DNA of 43,036 nt, from sequence record KY684082; one strand, given 5' to 3'. The translations under genes were made by a program, and so were the position numbers. This document shows positions 7,371-16,713 of this stretch, piece by piece; positions within the stretch are counted from its first letter, which is position 1; each line of letters begins with the position of its first letter. The DNA is from Shigella phage SFN6B. The notes beneath the pieces were generated by a model. The model ran no database searches, was not told the origin of the DNA, and saw only the letters and a list, made by a program, of their open reading frames with translations.

Positions 7371-8122
7371 CGATAGGGCAATCGAGTAGGTTCCGCTGCT
7401 GCGGCAAGACTCCTGCAGCGGTAATCTACAATAAACCTGACACCTGGAGCATGTACTGCTTTAGGTGTCACAAGACTGTTAATGAGCGCAAGCAGTACCA
7501 GCGCATACAGTTACAGGAAGAGCCGAGGGTGCAGCCCTCTGCACCTGCAGATGCAATTTGCATTAGCCAAGCGCCTGCGGAAACACAGAATTTTATTTAC
7601 GGATTCCTTGCTACAAAAGGAATCATGCCTGAAATGGTGGGGGATGCAGAATGGAGCAAAGAGAAACAGCGGATACTATTCCGTGCCGGGGGTGCTGTAC
7701 TGGGCCGCGCTGTTCATGCCCGACAGCAACCGAAGTGGGTAATGTACGGCCAGCCAATAGCTTTCGCTGTCGCGGCACCTGCCGTAGCACCGGCTGTAGC
7801 TGCGGCCGCACCTCTAAAGGTCGTGCTCACCGAGGACTTACTCTCAGCCCGGAAGATACAGCACGCAGTTACGAGCTACAGTGCGTTGAACGTGCAGGCT
7901 ATAGCTATGCTGGGTACACGCTTGCCCACGCAGCTAAGGGCCTGGCTGATTCAGAATCGCCCGGAAGTGATTCTGATGCTGGATAATGACCCGGCAGGGC
8001 ATGCTGGGGTAGTAGCAGCACGCAAAGCACTGCGCCCGTTCATGCAGTGCCGAGAACATTACTTCGCTGCGGATCCTAAGGACGCAGAAATCAAAGAGAT
8101 ACTGGAGGCGCTTAATGCTTAA
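7334..8122 (+). CDS. DNA primase (zinc-binding domain plus TOPRIM)
   Basis: CCGKT...CFRCHK zinc-finger pattern; TOPRIM-like VVLTEDLLSARK and VILMLDNDPAGHAG; sits immediately upstream of the helicase. Confidence 0.8.
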   Translation: MDEPWLRACKRLAIGQSSRFRCCGKTPAAVIYNKPDTWSMYCFRCHKTVNERKQYQRIQLQEEPRVQPSAPADAICISQAPAETQNFIYGFLATKGIMPEMVGDAEWSKEKQRILFRAGGAVLGRAVHARQQPKWVMYGQPIAFAVAAPAVAPAVAAAAPLKVVLTEDLLSARKIQHAVTSYSALNVQAIAMLGTRLPTQLRAWLIQNRPEVILMLDNDPAGHAGVVAARKALRPFMQCREHYFAADPKDAEIKEILEALNA

Positions 8123-8321
8123 GAACAAATACAGGGTAGTGCAGGACAACTACGCAGGATTTGAGGCGCAGGTTAAGTTCTGGTGGTTTCCGGTGCGCTG
8201 GTGGCAACTGTGCAGATCTGGGCGTGGGGTGGGTACTAACACGTACCCCAATCTTCATGAGGCAGAGAGCCTGTGTCGAGTACATGCCAGAAAGAGTACC
8301 ATCTACAAAGTGGAGGTTTAA
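8115..8321 (+). CDS. Hypothetical small protein (68 aa) between primase and helicase
   Basis: ORF track; exactly fills the gap between the two genes. Confidence 0.4.
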   Translation: MLKNKYRVVQDNYAGFEAQVKFWWFPVRWWQLCRSGRGVGTNTYPNLHEAESLCRVHARKSTIYKVEV

Positions 8322-9602
8322 TTGGACCTAATAGTAGTCAAGGCAATGTGCACACAGAAGGTCTGGAACCGACTGCGAGAGCAGATACCCAAGTCTATGC
8401 TAGCGCCAGATACATCAAACCTACTGGACTGGGTGGGGCTGTACTGGAACACGTACCCGGAGCACCAGGAGGTGCAGTGGGACGCGATGCAAAGCATGCT
8501 CAATCTCCGGGCCGGACACTTGTCCCGTGAAGAGCGGGTGATTATGGACGAGCTTATGCGGGGAGTACAAGCCGTGCCACAGGATTCTGTGGTGGGGATT
8601 GTTCAGACCCTGAATGAGTTAGCATACAGTGGGGAGGTTGCTGCACTTACACAGCGCTACCAAGACGGTGAGGAGGTTGATTACCTGCTGGAGATGAAGC
8701 ACCTCCAGCGCAAGTACGGTGATGGTGCTGCTGTTCATGATTCGCTACTGGAATGGGAGAGCGGAAGTGTTGATGAGATACTTGCCGCGACTGATGAAAG
8801 TGGCGGTCTTAAGCTGGGTGTGTTTGAGCAACTGTCGAGTAGCATTCGTGGGCTTCGCGGAGGTGATTGCATCGCCGTTGCTGCCCCTGTTGATTCTGGT
8901 AAAACTAGTCTACTCGCTGCTATTGCCGTGGACTTTGCTAAGCAGATGCAGCAACAACCCGAAGTATATGGGGACCGTCCGATTCTGTGGTTGGTTAACG
9001 AAGGCCCGGCGACGCGTACAGTGCCGAGGGTATATCAAGCGGCGCTGCATTGGACTTTGGCTGAGATTAAGGACAGGCACAGTAGGCAAGAGTTTGTGCC
9101 AGCCTATCTGGAGAAAGTAGGCAGGGCTGACCGCATCCGTATCAAGGCAGCGCACTCCCTTACGATGGCCCAAATCTCTACACTCATGGAGGAGATGCGT
9201 CCGGCGGTAATCATCATAGATATGGTGGCTAACATCCGTGGTGGTACTATGGAGAGCGAACACCAGAACCTAGAGGCGAAGTGGCAGGAGCTGCGTATCC
9301 TGGGGTGTGAGAATGACTGTGCTGTTATCGGTACTATGCAGCTTTCGCTTGAAGGTTACAACCTGCTGTTCCCGCCGCTCACGGCGATGAAGCAGAGTAA
9401 GATTGGTGTACAAGGTGCTTTGGATTTGGCGATTATGATGGGGTGCTTAGACAGGAACGAGCAGCCGCACATGCAAAACATTCGTGGTATCAGTACACCC
9501 AAGAACAAGATGGCGCTATCAGGCAAGGAATCGCTACTGCAATTCGAGGTAGCATTCGACCCAGGTAGATGCCGCTTTAACGAAGGGCAGATTAACAAGT
9601 GA
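8322..9602 (+). CDS. DnaB-like replicative DNA helicase
   Basis: Walker A AAPVDSGKTSLL and Walker B AVIIIDMV; TTG start 5 nt after GGAGG. Confidence 0.85.
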   Translation: MDLIVVKAMCTQKVWNRLREQIPKSMLAPDTSNLLDWVGLYWNTYPEHQEVQWDAMQSMLNLRAGHLSREERVIMDELMRGVQAVPQDSVVGIVQTLNELAYSGEVAALTQRYQDGEEVDYLLEMKHLQRKYGDGAAVHDSLLEWESGSVDEILAATDESGGLKLGVFEQLSSSIRGLRGGDCIAVAAPVDSGKTSLLAAIAVDFAKQMQQQPEVYGDRPILWLVNEGPATRTVPRVYQAALHWTLAEIKDRHSRQEFVPAYLEKVGRADRIRIKAAHSLTMAQISTLMEEMRPAVIIIDMVANIRGGTMESEHQNLEAKWQELRILGCENDCAVIGTMQLSLEGYNLLFPPLTAMKQSKIGVQGALDLAIMMGCLDRNEQPHMQNIRGISTPKNKMALSGKESLLQFEVAFDPGRCRFNEGQINK

Positions 9603-9605
9603 CTT

Positions 9606-9637
9606 CCCTAGCGCCTTCCTAGAGGGCGCTATGTAGG
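9606..9637 (+). promoter_or_regulatory. Conserved inverted-repeat element, copy 3 (CCCTAGCGCC-ttcctagag-GGCGCTATGTAGG)
   Basis: Same motif family as 1798 and 2646; ~27 bp upstream of the DNA polymerase ATG. Confidence 0.5.
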
Positions 9638-9663
9638 TACATGGTATGGGAGGTATAAGTAGT

Positions 9664-12027
9664 ATGACAACCAGTATAATGCACATCGATTTGGAGACAG
9701 AGAACCATGAATATTATGGCTCTAAAGCAAGCCCATACTGCCCTGACAACTATGTTGTTGAGTCAGCATGGCGTATCGACACAACACAAGCTGACGGTAC
9801 TACCACTGTTGGCGCGACTCAATCAGTGCGCTTCAATTCAAGAGCTGATTTCTTGGCGGGAAACAGTGCAGCAGAAGGCTGCCGGTGGTTTCATATTCCA
9901 GAGGATTGTTGGCTTATTGTTGCACACAATGCCGCCTATGAAATCTCCTGGTTCCTCACGTATCAGAGACAGCAGTTCGAAGCCTTCCTCAAGCGCGGCG
10001 GCAGGGTGTTCTGCACGATGCACGGAGAATACATCGCCTCGGACTTTCAGAGCATGTATCCGTCACTGGACGAGACGGCTCCTAAGTACGGCGGTACGCA
10101 CAAAGTAGATGGGGTTAAGATTCTCTGGGAGCAAGGTGTATTAACCTCCCAGATTGATCCTATGCTATTGCATGACTACCTAGTGAATGGGGATATACCG
10201 AACACGGCCCTGTGCTTCTACGGCCAGTGCGCTACGTTCGCCCAGCGTAATCAGATGCAGTACGTGTGGGAGCGTATGGATGCGTTGCTGGCATGGGCAT
10301 ACTGTGAATGGTTTGGACTGTTCGTGAATATGCCTATTGCTCGCAAGAACCAAGAGGAGCAGGAGCAGCGTATCCTGGAGATTAAACAGGAACTGCAGCA
10401 GTACATACCGAAGGACTTGCCGGAGACCCTGGATTTCAACTTCGGTTCAGACTTTCATATGTCCGCACTGGTGTACGGCGGGCCTATCAAGTACCGCAAG
10501 AAGGTTCCCTATGACCCGCCGCAGTATGTTAAAGACGATTACTACCGCCTATTAGATGGTGGGAAGGTTCTGTGCAGGAACGTGGGTGGAGATGACTGGG
10601 ACCAGAAGGTAGTTAAGTATGCCTCAGGGAAGAACAAGGGCCTTCCCAAAGTATTCCGCCTTGATACAGAGGAGGAGAAACTCAAATGGGAGGACGACCT
10701 ATACTTCTGCCCGGGCCTGGTTAACATCCAAGAACTTCCAGAGGTGCTCCGAGAGAAGTATGCTGAGCGTGGGGAATTCAGGCAAGCACGGTGCCTGCAG
10801 GATGGGACACCAATCTACAGCACCAGCACAGATGCAATGGAAGCCCTAGCACGTAATGGATTTGAGTTCTGTCGATTGGTGAACGAACTAGGCGCTCTGG
10901 AGAAGGACACAGGAACCTACTACCTGCGAACAGAGTACAACGAAGATGGGTCAGTTAAAAAGACCTCGGGCATGCTTCAGTACGTCATACCTCAGAACTC
11001 CGATGACTCAGGTATTATTCACCACCGCCTTAATACTTGTGCTACTGTTACCGGGCGACTATCTGGCTCTAACCCAAACCTCCAGAATCTCCCGCGAGAT
11101 GGAACTAGTAAAGTAAAACAGATGTTCACTTCCCGTTTCGGTGAATCCGGTCGTATCACTGAGGTTGACTACTCCGCCCTGGAAGTGGTTATGTCTTGTG
11201 TTCACACCGGAGACAGGAAGCTGTTGGGTTTGCTGCAGAACGGCACGGATATGCACTGCTACCGCCTAGCGTTCAAGGAGGGCAAAACCTACGAAGAGAT
11301 GTATGACCTCTGCCACAACGCCAATGGGCCGGACTACAAATACTGGAAGCAGCAGCGTACGGACATTAAGCCTCCGAGCTTTGCTGCACAGTACGGGGCT
11401 ACGGCTAAAGGGATTGCGTTTGCTACAGGCTGTACAGTGGAGTATGCGCAGTCGTTCCTGGATAACGAGGCGAAGCTGTTCCCAGACACCATCGGATTCC
11501 GGGCGGTAGTGAAGGAGGAGGTAGAGCGCACCGGGGCGGCTGGGCGCATTTACCGGGAGCAGGCGGATGATGGCAGCTACCGCATCTACCGCATTGGCAC
11601 CTGGACCAGCCCAGCTGGTGCACGGTACAGCTTCCGCCAGAAGGAGCAGTGGAAGGAAGTAGTCCCTGGCCAGCGCAAACAAAAGGTGATGGACTACAAA
11701 GAAACTGAGATGGCTAACTACTGGTGTCAGGGTGAGGCATTCTTCCTGATGGCGGTAGCAGCTGGTATGGTTCTGCGTGCAATGCTGGCGCGTGATTGGT
11801 TCGATAATCAGGTGTGTTTGATTACGAACGTACACGATGCATTGTATCTGGATAGTGCTAATCCGGAAGTAGGCAGAGAAGCGAGCCTGTTGGTTAAGCA
11901 GTGTATGGAGGATGCGCCTAAGCGTATTCACCAGCTCTGGCCTAACTACGGCATCATTGGCGAAGTCCCGTTCCCAGCGGAAGCTGAAATGGGTACAAGC
12001 ATGTACAGTAAGGAGAAAGTAGAATGA
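9664..12027 (+). CDS. DNA polymerase, family A (T7 gp5-like)
   Basis: Exo motif HIDLETE; pol motif A DYSALEVV, motif B KPPSFAAQYG, motif C NVHDALYLD; track start 9646, ATG 9664 preferred because of GGGAGG upstream. Confidence 0.9.
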   Translation: MTTSIMHIDLETENHEYYGSKASPYCPDNYVVESAWRIDTTQADGTTTVGATQSVRFNSRADFLAGNSAAEGCRWFHIPEDCWLIVAHNAAYEISWFLTYQRQQFEAFLKRGGRVFCTMHGEYIASDFQSMYPSLDETAPKYGGTHKVDGVKILWEQGVLTSQIDPMLLHDYLVNGDIPNTALCFYGQCATFAQRNQMQYVWERMDALLAWAYCEWFGLFVNMPIARKNQEEQEQRILEIKQELQQYIPKDLPETLDFNFGSDFHMSALVYGGPIKYRKKVPYDPPQYVKDDYYRLLDGGKVLCRNVGGDDWDQKVVKYASGKNKGLPKVFRLDTEEEKLKWEDDLYFCPGLVNIQELPEVLREKYAERGEFRQARCLQDGTPIYSTSTDAMEALARNGFEFCRLVNELGALEKDTGTYYLRTEYNEDGSVKKTSGMLQYVIPQNSDDSGIIHHRLNTCATVTGRLSGSNPNLQNLPRDGTSKVKQMFTSRFGESGRITEVDYSALEVVMSCVHTGDRKLLGLLQNGTDMHCYRLAFKEGKTYEEMYDLCHNANGPDYKYWKQQRTDIKPPSFAAQYGATAKGIAFATGCTVEYAQSFLDNEAKLFPDTIGFRAVVKEEVERTGAAGRIYREQADDGSYRIYRIGTWTSPAGARYSFRQKEQWKEVVPGQRKQKVMDYKETEMANYWCQGEAFFLMAVAAGMVLRAMLARDWFDNQVCLITNVHDALYLDSANPEVGREASLLVKQCMEDAPKRIHQLWPNYGIIGEVPFPAEAEMGTSMYSKEKVE

Positions 12028-12245
12028 CTATTAAACCGGGTAGTATTGTGGAGATACTAGGACTTGGGCCGGAACCCTTAGAGCCTAGACATCGTGATTA
12101 CTTTGCACCAGGCACACAGCATCGTGTGATATCTTATGATCCTGAACTCTGGGAGGTGGAATTAATCAATCCAGACAACAACTCAGAGAAGCCTGGGGAT
12201 GGTATTACCTTCTTCTCTGGGGAGTACAAACTTATAGCGGAGTGA
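12024..12245 (+). CDS. Hypothetical protein (73 aa)
   Basis: ORF track; ATGA overlap with the DNA polymerase stop; AGGAG upstream. Confidence 0.55.
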   Translation: MTIKPGSIVEILGLGPEPLEPRHRDYFAPGTQHRVISYDPELWEVELINPDNNSEKPGDGITFFSGEYKLIAE

Positions 12246-12407
12246 TGATAGGTGTACCCTCGGGTGGTGTAGGGGGTTAGGGTAACATGAGAATTAGCCA
12301 GGGTCAAGTAGATAATTAAATAAAATTATTTGTTGACTCTGGCTTGATTCTGTGATTTACCGAGAATTAATGTGATACGAGTAGGAACAACATAAGAGAG
12401 GCAAACC

Positions 12408-13388
12408 TTGGCTAAAATTAGTTTGATTAACCTGTTCAGCAAAGACCAGCACGAGGAAGTGCTGAGTTATCATAAAGACAACACGGCGGCAGCTGCAGCC
12501 TACACAGCTATGACGGATGGGAAATACCCAGTGTCCCGCCAGCTTGTACGCTACTGGCGCAGCATCTTTATGGATAATAATGGTAGCAAGGCAAAGGCTA
12601 ATAATGCTTTGATGCAAGCCCGCAAACTAATCCAGCCCTCCCCAACGGATGACATTGGGGATACGTTTGTACCGGAAACCTGTCGACGTATTCTCGTTAT
12701 CGGGGACCTGCACGAACCGTACACACACCCGGACGCGTATGACTTTTTATGCACTGTGAGGGATGAGTACTGCCCAGACATTGTGGTGCAGATAGGCGAT
12801 GAGACAGATGGACACGCTATTAGCTTCCATGATAGCAGTCCGGAGTTAGACAGCGCTGGAGTGGAATTAGAGAAGGCCAAGCTCGGTCTGGAGAGGCTTC
12901 ATGCTCTGTTCCCTAACATGCTCCTGTGCGACTCTAACCATGGCTCCCTTGTATACCGTAGAGCCAAAGCTCATGGACTCCCTGTACAGTTCATTAAGAA
13001 GTATCGGGACATCCTGTTCCCAGAGCACGGAGCGCCGGGGTGGAGTTGGGGTGATGCTTGGGATTTAAATACTCCGATGGGTACTGTGCGATTTCAACAT
13101 CAAGTATCTGGGGACCTTCTGCTCAACGCAGCTCATGAACGTAAGTCCATGGTAATTGGACACTTCCATGGGAAGTTAGATATACAGTATGCGGCGAGCA
13201 GCACTGCTTTGTACTTTGGTGCGCACTGCGGTTGTTTAATCGACAATAAGAGTCTGGCATTTGCTTATGGTAAGTTGTCAAGAAGCAAGCCGATTCTAGG
13301 GTGTATGGTGATTACAGATGGATGCCCACAAATCATCCCCATGCTATTGGACGACACCGGCCGGTGGTGTTCTAGAGTACAACCCTGA
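12408..13388 (+). CDS. Calcineurin-like metallophosphoesterase (putative nuclease or phosphatase)
   Basis: MPP signature blocks GDLHEP, GDETDGH, DSNHG, GHFHG; TTG start after GAGAGG. Confidence 0.7.
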   Translation: MAKISLINLFSKDQHEEVLSYHKDNTAAAAAYTAMTDGKYPVSRQLVRYWRSIFMDNNGSKAKANNALMQARKLIQPSPTDDIGDTFVPETCRRILVIGDLHEPYTHPDAYDFLCTVRDEYCPDIVVQIGDETDGHAISFHDSSPELDSAGVELEKAKLGLERLHALFPNMLLCDSNHGSLVYRRAKAHGLPVQFIKKYRDILFPEHGAPGWSWGDAWDLNTPMGTVRFQHQVSGDLLLNAAHERKSMVIGHFHGKLDIQYAASSTALYFGAHCGCLIDNKSLAFAYGKLSRSKPILGCMVITDGCPQIIPMLLDDTGRWCSRVQP

Positions 13389-13827
13389 TACCGGGGAGTT
13401 CACATGGGTTAAAGTTGTTAGTAACCGTGCCAAGTTGGGAAGTACTGCTGGGCACGTAAGACCTGATGGGTACTTGGTATTGCCGTGCGGAACCCGTGCT
13501 AATGTTGCAGCGTGTATGTTGTTGGGCCTAGATGTTCCTGATGGATATGTGGTGGACCACATTAACAGGGACACCCTGGATAACCGCGCGTGCAATCTTA
13601 GGGTTGTGTCAAAGAAGGTTAATGCACACAACACGGGGCTCCGGGCCACCAACAAAACAGGTGCTCGCGGAGTCTCTTGGGATTCTAGCAGAGGCAAGTA
13701 CCGGGCCGCTCTGATGGTGGACGGAAAGCAATACAGCAGGCGCTTTGACAGCTTAGAAGAGGCCTCAGAGTGGTACCACAGTGTGGCCGACAAACACGGG
13801 GTTAGGCAATACCAGCAACCTGCATAG
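13318..13827 (+). CDS. HNH homing endonuclease, paralog 2
   Basis: YNPDTGEF... then VDHINRDTLDNRACNLRVV HNH core and AP2-like GVSWDSSRGKYRA; overlaps the 3' end of the metallophosphoesterase gene by ~70 nt; start uncertain. Confidence 0.75.
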   Translation: MDAHKSSPCYWTTPAGGVLEYNPDTGEFTWVKVVSNRAKLGSTAGHVRPDGYLVLPCGTRANVAACMLLGLDVPDGYVVDHINRDTLDNRACNLRVVSKKVNAHNTGLRATNKTGARGVSWDSSRGKYRAALMVDGKQYSRRFDSLEEASEWYHSVADKHGVRQYQQPA

Positions 13828-13896
13828 ATGTTCTTAAACCGTTAAGCCCTGCATCTGCACATAAATTTTATTTAAACTAAACGAGGACATAATTAT

Positions 13897-14721
13897 ATGA
13901 CTATGAATGCACTGGATACTCTGAACTCCCTGGTAGCTGCTGCGATTGAAACGCAAGATGTTGATATGACGGAGACCGCCCAGGGTGGGGCATATGAGGA
14001 CGTACTGCTGCCGAAGGGTGAATACTATGGTTACTTCACTGAGTACGTGGAAATCGGTAAGCGCCTCCCGACTAAGGGTGGTAAGCCTACTGGTAAGCCT
14101 GCAGCGGCAAACGTGCGTATCGGGGTTGTGGTGTACGGTCCGAACGGTGAGGTGAAGCGTATCCGTCCGTATCCGATGACTATCAGCAACTTTGAGCGCG
14201 CGGGCTTCAAGAAGTTCTTCGACAAGCTCAACTACGATGGCAGCATTAAGCACGCCGCACAGCGACTGGGACAGGCGTTTGTGTTCCCAGTGGATGAGCA
14301 CACCAGTGCAGCAGGTAAGAAGTCCAACATCGTAGACCTCGCGGCAATCCGTCCGATTCCGAAATTCGACCCGAATACCGGTGAGCCGATTAAAATGCCT
14401 GAGCTGGATGCTTCCGAGATTAAGCTATTCTTGTGGAACAACCCGACCAAGGAAACCTGGGATAGCTTATATATTGAGGGGACCAAGGACGACGGTAAGA
14501 GCAAGAACTGGATTCAGGAGGATATGTATAAGGCAGTGGACTTCCCAGGCAGTGCTCTGGATATTCTGCTGAACGCTAGCTCAGTTCCTAGTCCGGCAGC
14601 TATGCAGACCCCAGCAGCCCCAGCTGCTCCTGCTGCTCCAGCTACACCAATAGCTCCGGCTGCACCAGTGGCTCCAGCGGCCCCTGTAGCACCAGCAGCG
14701 CCTGCTGCACCTCAAGCATAA
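13897..14721 (+). CDS. Hypothetical protein with C-terminal Pro/Ala-rich repeat (274 aa)
   Basis: ORF track; C-terminus PAAPAAPAAPATPIAPAAPVAPAAPVAPAAPAAPQA encoded by a degenerate 9-nt repeat. Confidence 0.65.
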   Translation: MTMNALDTLNSLVAAAIETQDVDMTETAQGGAYEDVLLPKGEYYGYFTEYVEIGKRLPTKGGKPTGKPAAANVRIGVVVYGPNGEVKRIRPYPMTISNFERAGFKKFFDKLNYDGSIKHAAQRLGQAFVFPVDEHTSAAGKKSNIVDLAAIRPIPKFDPNTGEPIKMPELDASEIKLFLWNNPTKETWDSLYIEGTKDDGKSKNWIQEDMYKAVDFPGSALDILLNASSVPSPAAMQTPAAPAAPAAPATPIAPAAPVAPAAPVAPAAPAAPQA

Positions 14722-14744
14722 GCAACCATACTACTAACTAATAC

Positions 14745-14761
14745 GGCCCCGCCCAGGGGCC
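14745..14761 (+). promoter_or_regulatory. GC-rich hairpin (GGCCCC-gccca-GGGGCC), possible terminator or processing site
   Basis: 6-bp perfect stem directly downstream of the stop at 14721; no clean U-tract. Confidence 0.35.
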
Positions 14762-14778
14762 TTAGAGAGAGGGTTTAG

Positions 14779-15057
14779 GTGAATATAATCACATGGGTTA
14801 AGGAGCGTTACGTCGTATTTCTACTGTTACGCGCTGAGCACTTGCAAACGCGGGCAGACGACTATAGACGAGCAGCCTACCTTTACGCACGTAGGGCAAA
14901 CCTAATAGGCAACAAGGTTAGTGTACACCGTTACCACTTGAATCACCAGTGTGCCAAGTCCAGTAGACGTGCATACACGTTGGGTGCGAAAGCTGCTGCC
15001 ACTGAAGTTAAAGCGCACAACTTCATTTATAAACATAAGCTTAAGGGGTTTGATTGA
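14779..15057 (+). CDS. Hypothetical basic protein (92 aa)
   Basis: ORF track; GTG start after GAGGG. Confidence 0.45.
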   Translation: MNIITWVKERYVVFLLLRAEHLQTRADDYRRAAYLYARRANLIGNKVSVHRYHLNHQCAKSSRRAYTLGAKAAATEVKAHNFIYKHKLKGFD

Positions 15058-15437
15058 TGGATAAAGTATTGGATGCATATAAGAATCTGGCTATTACGGT
15101 TGGTGCTGCAGTGTATGATGCAGCGGCGTGCGGTATACACGATATTAGCCTGGACAACATCTATGATGCCCTAGACGAACTGGCCGCCTTGTACGGTATG
15201 GATCTAGAGTTAGCAGCCACTGCCTTCAAGGAGCACAACGACCTGGCGGCACATGCCGACAAGCTGAAGGGGGATGATCTAGCGGTTATCCGTGTGGTGG
15301 GCACGCTCAGCGTTGGTCTGGCGGAGATTGGCTCCTGCATCTACGACGTAGACCAGAGCCTGCGTACTCCGGAAGTAATTGGGGACATGCTGGGTACTGT
15401 ACTGGTGCTGTCTGAGCTGGAGGGTAGTGATGCGTAA
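15057..15437 (+). CDS. Hypothetical strongly acidic protein (~126 aa)
   Basis: ORF track 15054..15437; second codon is ATG; very Asp/Glu-rich with few Lys/Arg. Confidence 0.6.
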   Translation: MDKVLDAYKNLAITVGAAVYDAAACGIHDISLDNIYDALDELAALYGMDLELAATAFKEHNDLAAHADKLKGDDLAVIRVVGTLSVGLAEIGSCIYDVDQSLRTPEVIGDMLGTVLVLSELEGSDA

Positions 15438-15591
15438 CTTCTTTGCTAAAGCCTTTTACTTCCTGTTAGTAGCCCCTCTAGTACCAGTAGCCTTCCTGTG
15501 CTGGGTATTTGAGAAGATAGAAAACAGTAAAGCACTTATCGCATGGGAATCCTGGGCGCGTAAGCTAGCCAAGAAGGTTACGGGGGTCTGA
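15430..15591 (+). CDS. Small membrane protein (53 aa)
   Basis: ORF track 15379..15591 trimmed to ATG 15430 (GGAGGG upstream); hydrophobic FYFLLVAPLVPVAFLCWVF. Confidence 0.45.
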   Translation: MRNFFAKAFYFLLVAPLVPVAFLCWVFEKIENSKALIAWESWARKLAKKVTGV

Positions 15592-16559
15592 TGATTATCA
15601 ACGGGGTTGACTTGTCCCAGCTCGGGGAGCAGTTAGCTCCGCAGAACGCTGGGAAGATTCTGCTGTACGACGCGGACTTTTGCGTGTACAAAGCCGCTGC
15701 TACAGTGAAACGGCTAGATACCGCGATACGCCGCTTCTATCAACTGGTGCTTGAGGATATGTTCTTGGTCGGTTGCTCAGAAGCAGTGGCGTATCTAACG
15801 CCTACGGGCTGTGCTAAGTGCTTGCGATGGCACCTCCCTACGGCTAAGCCCTACCAGGGGCAGCGCATTAATCGGCAGGAGCTACCTCTAAAGGCGCCAT
15901 TGAAGCGGCACTTAATTGAGAATCCCGACCAGTACTATGAGCAAGGTATCCAGGTAGTTAGTAGTGACTTCTTCGAGGCGGATGACTTGTTCGTAATGGA
16001 TTCATACGCTTTCGGAGAACGTGGTATTCTGATGTCACAGGATAAAGATTCCTGGCTCAGCCCCATGGCTAGATTTGATATTCCAACCGGTACAGTGTGG
16101 CCTGCACTGAAGGATCCCTTCGGCTGGATTAAGTGGGATGATACCCAGGCTATGCCGGTACGAGCACACGGCTTGAAGTTCTTCTGGTGGCAGATGCTAG
16201 CGGGAGATGATGCCGATAACGTCAAAGGCATCACGTTGCTTGATGGGAAGCCCTGTGGCAAGCGAACGGCCTTTGATGCTATCTACCCTATTACCTCAGA
16301 GCAAGACGCCGCAGAGTTCGTTGTAGCGGCTTATGCTAGAAACAACCAAGATGTACTCGCAGAGGCTGAATGCCTGTTCCTGCGGCGCTCCCAATCAGAT
16401 TCTGCCTATCAGTATCTGATGTCACTGTTGACTACTCCCAGTCTACGTGACTGGGTGCAGTCGCTGCACGAGTACCATAAACAGCACATACAGTGGATAC
16501 AGGAGCACCCAGACAATGGCGAAGATGTCTGCGAAGGAAATGAGCCTGCGGGCGATTGA
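15591..16559 (+). CDS. 5'-3' exonuclease (T7 gene 6-like, FEN family)
   Basis: N-terminal ILLYDADFCVYKAA and later GLKFFWWQMLAGDDADNVKGI parallel T7 gp6 blocks (VMDGDWLVFQA, WWHLFQTIKGDITDGYSGI) as recalled. Confidence 0.8.
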   Translation: MIINGVDLSQLGEQLAPQNAGKILLYDADFCVYKAAATVKRLDTAIRRFYQLVLEDMFLVGCSEAVAYLTPTGCAKCLRWHLPTAKPYQGQRINRQELPLKAPLKRHLIENPDQYYEQGIQVVSSDFFEADDLFVMDSYAFGERGILMSQDKDSWLSPMARFDIPTGTVWPALKDPFGWIKWDDTQAMPVRAHGLKFFWWQMLAGDDADNVKGITLLDGKPCGKRTAFDAIYPITSEQDAAEFVVAAYARNNQDVLAEAECLFLRRSQSDSAYQYLMSLLTTPSLRDWVQSLHEYHKQHIQWIQEHPDNGEDVCEGNEPAGD

Positions 16560-16713
16560 GTTATACTACGAGGGGAAACATGATGAACTTGAAACTATTC
16601 TGGATGCGCTGCGTGAACGAGCACCCAAAACACATCGAAGAACGGTTGAGCGTTTGGATTCTATCATTCACGACAATGCTATGTTGGATTTAGTTGGGGA
16701 GATTGAATTATGA
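16516..16713 (+). CDS. Hypothetical small protein (65 aa)
   Basis: ORF track 16447..16713 trimmed to the ATG downstream of the exonuclease stop region. Confidence 0.4.
   Translation: MAKMSAKEMSLRAIELYYEGKHDELETILDALRERAPKTHRRTVERLDSIIHDNAMLDLVGEIEL

Noticed and set aside
8719-10108. Alternative-frame +strand ORFs inside the helicase and DNA polymerase (8719..9120, 9707..10108)
   Set aside because: They sit in alternative frames of genes with clear catalytic motifs; no independent start signals.
11266-11931. Minus-strand ORFs from the track (e.g. 11266..11931, 23546..24079, 34050..34595, 19297..19722, 19741..20145)
   Set aside because: Each lies antisense inside a well-supported +strand gene (DNA polymerase, capsid, ejection protein, RNAP). 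The genome is otherwise strictly unidirectional, so these are shadow ORFs typical of GC-rich coding sequence.
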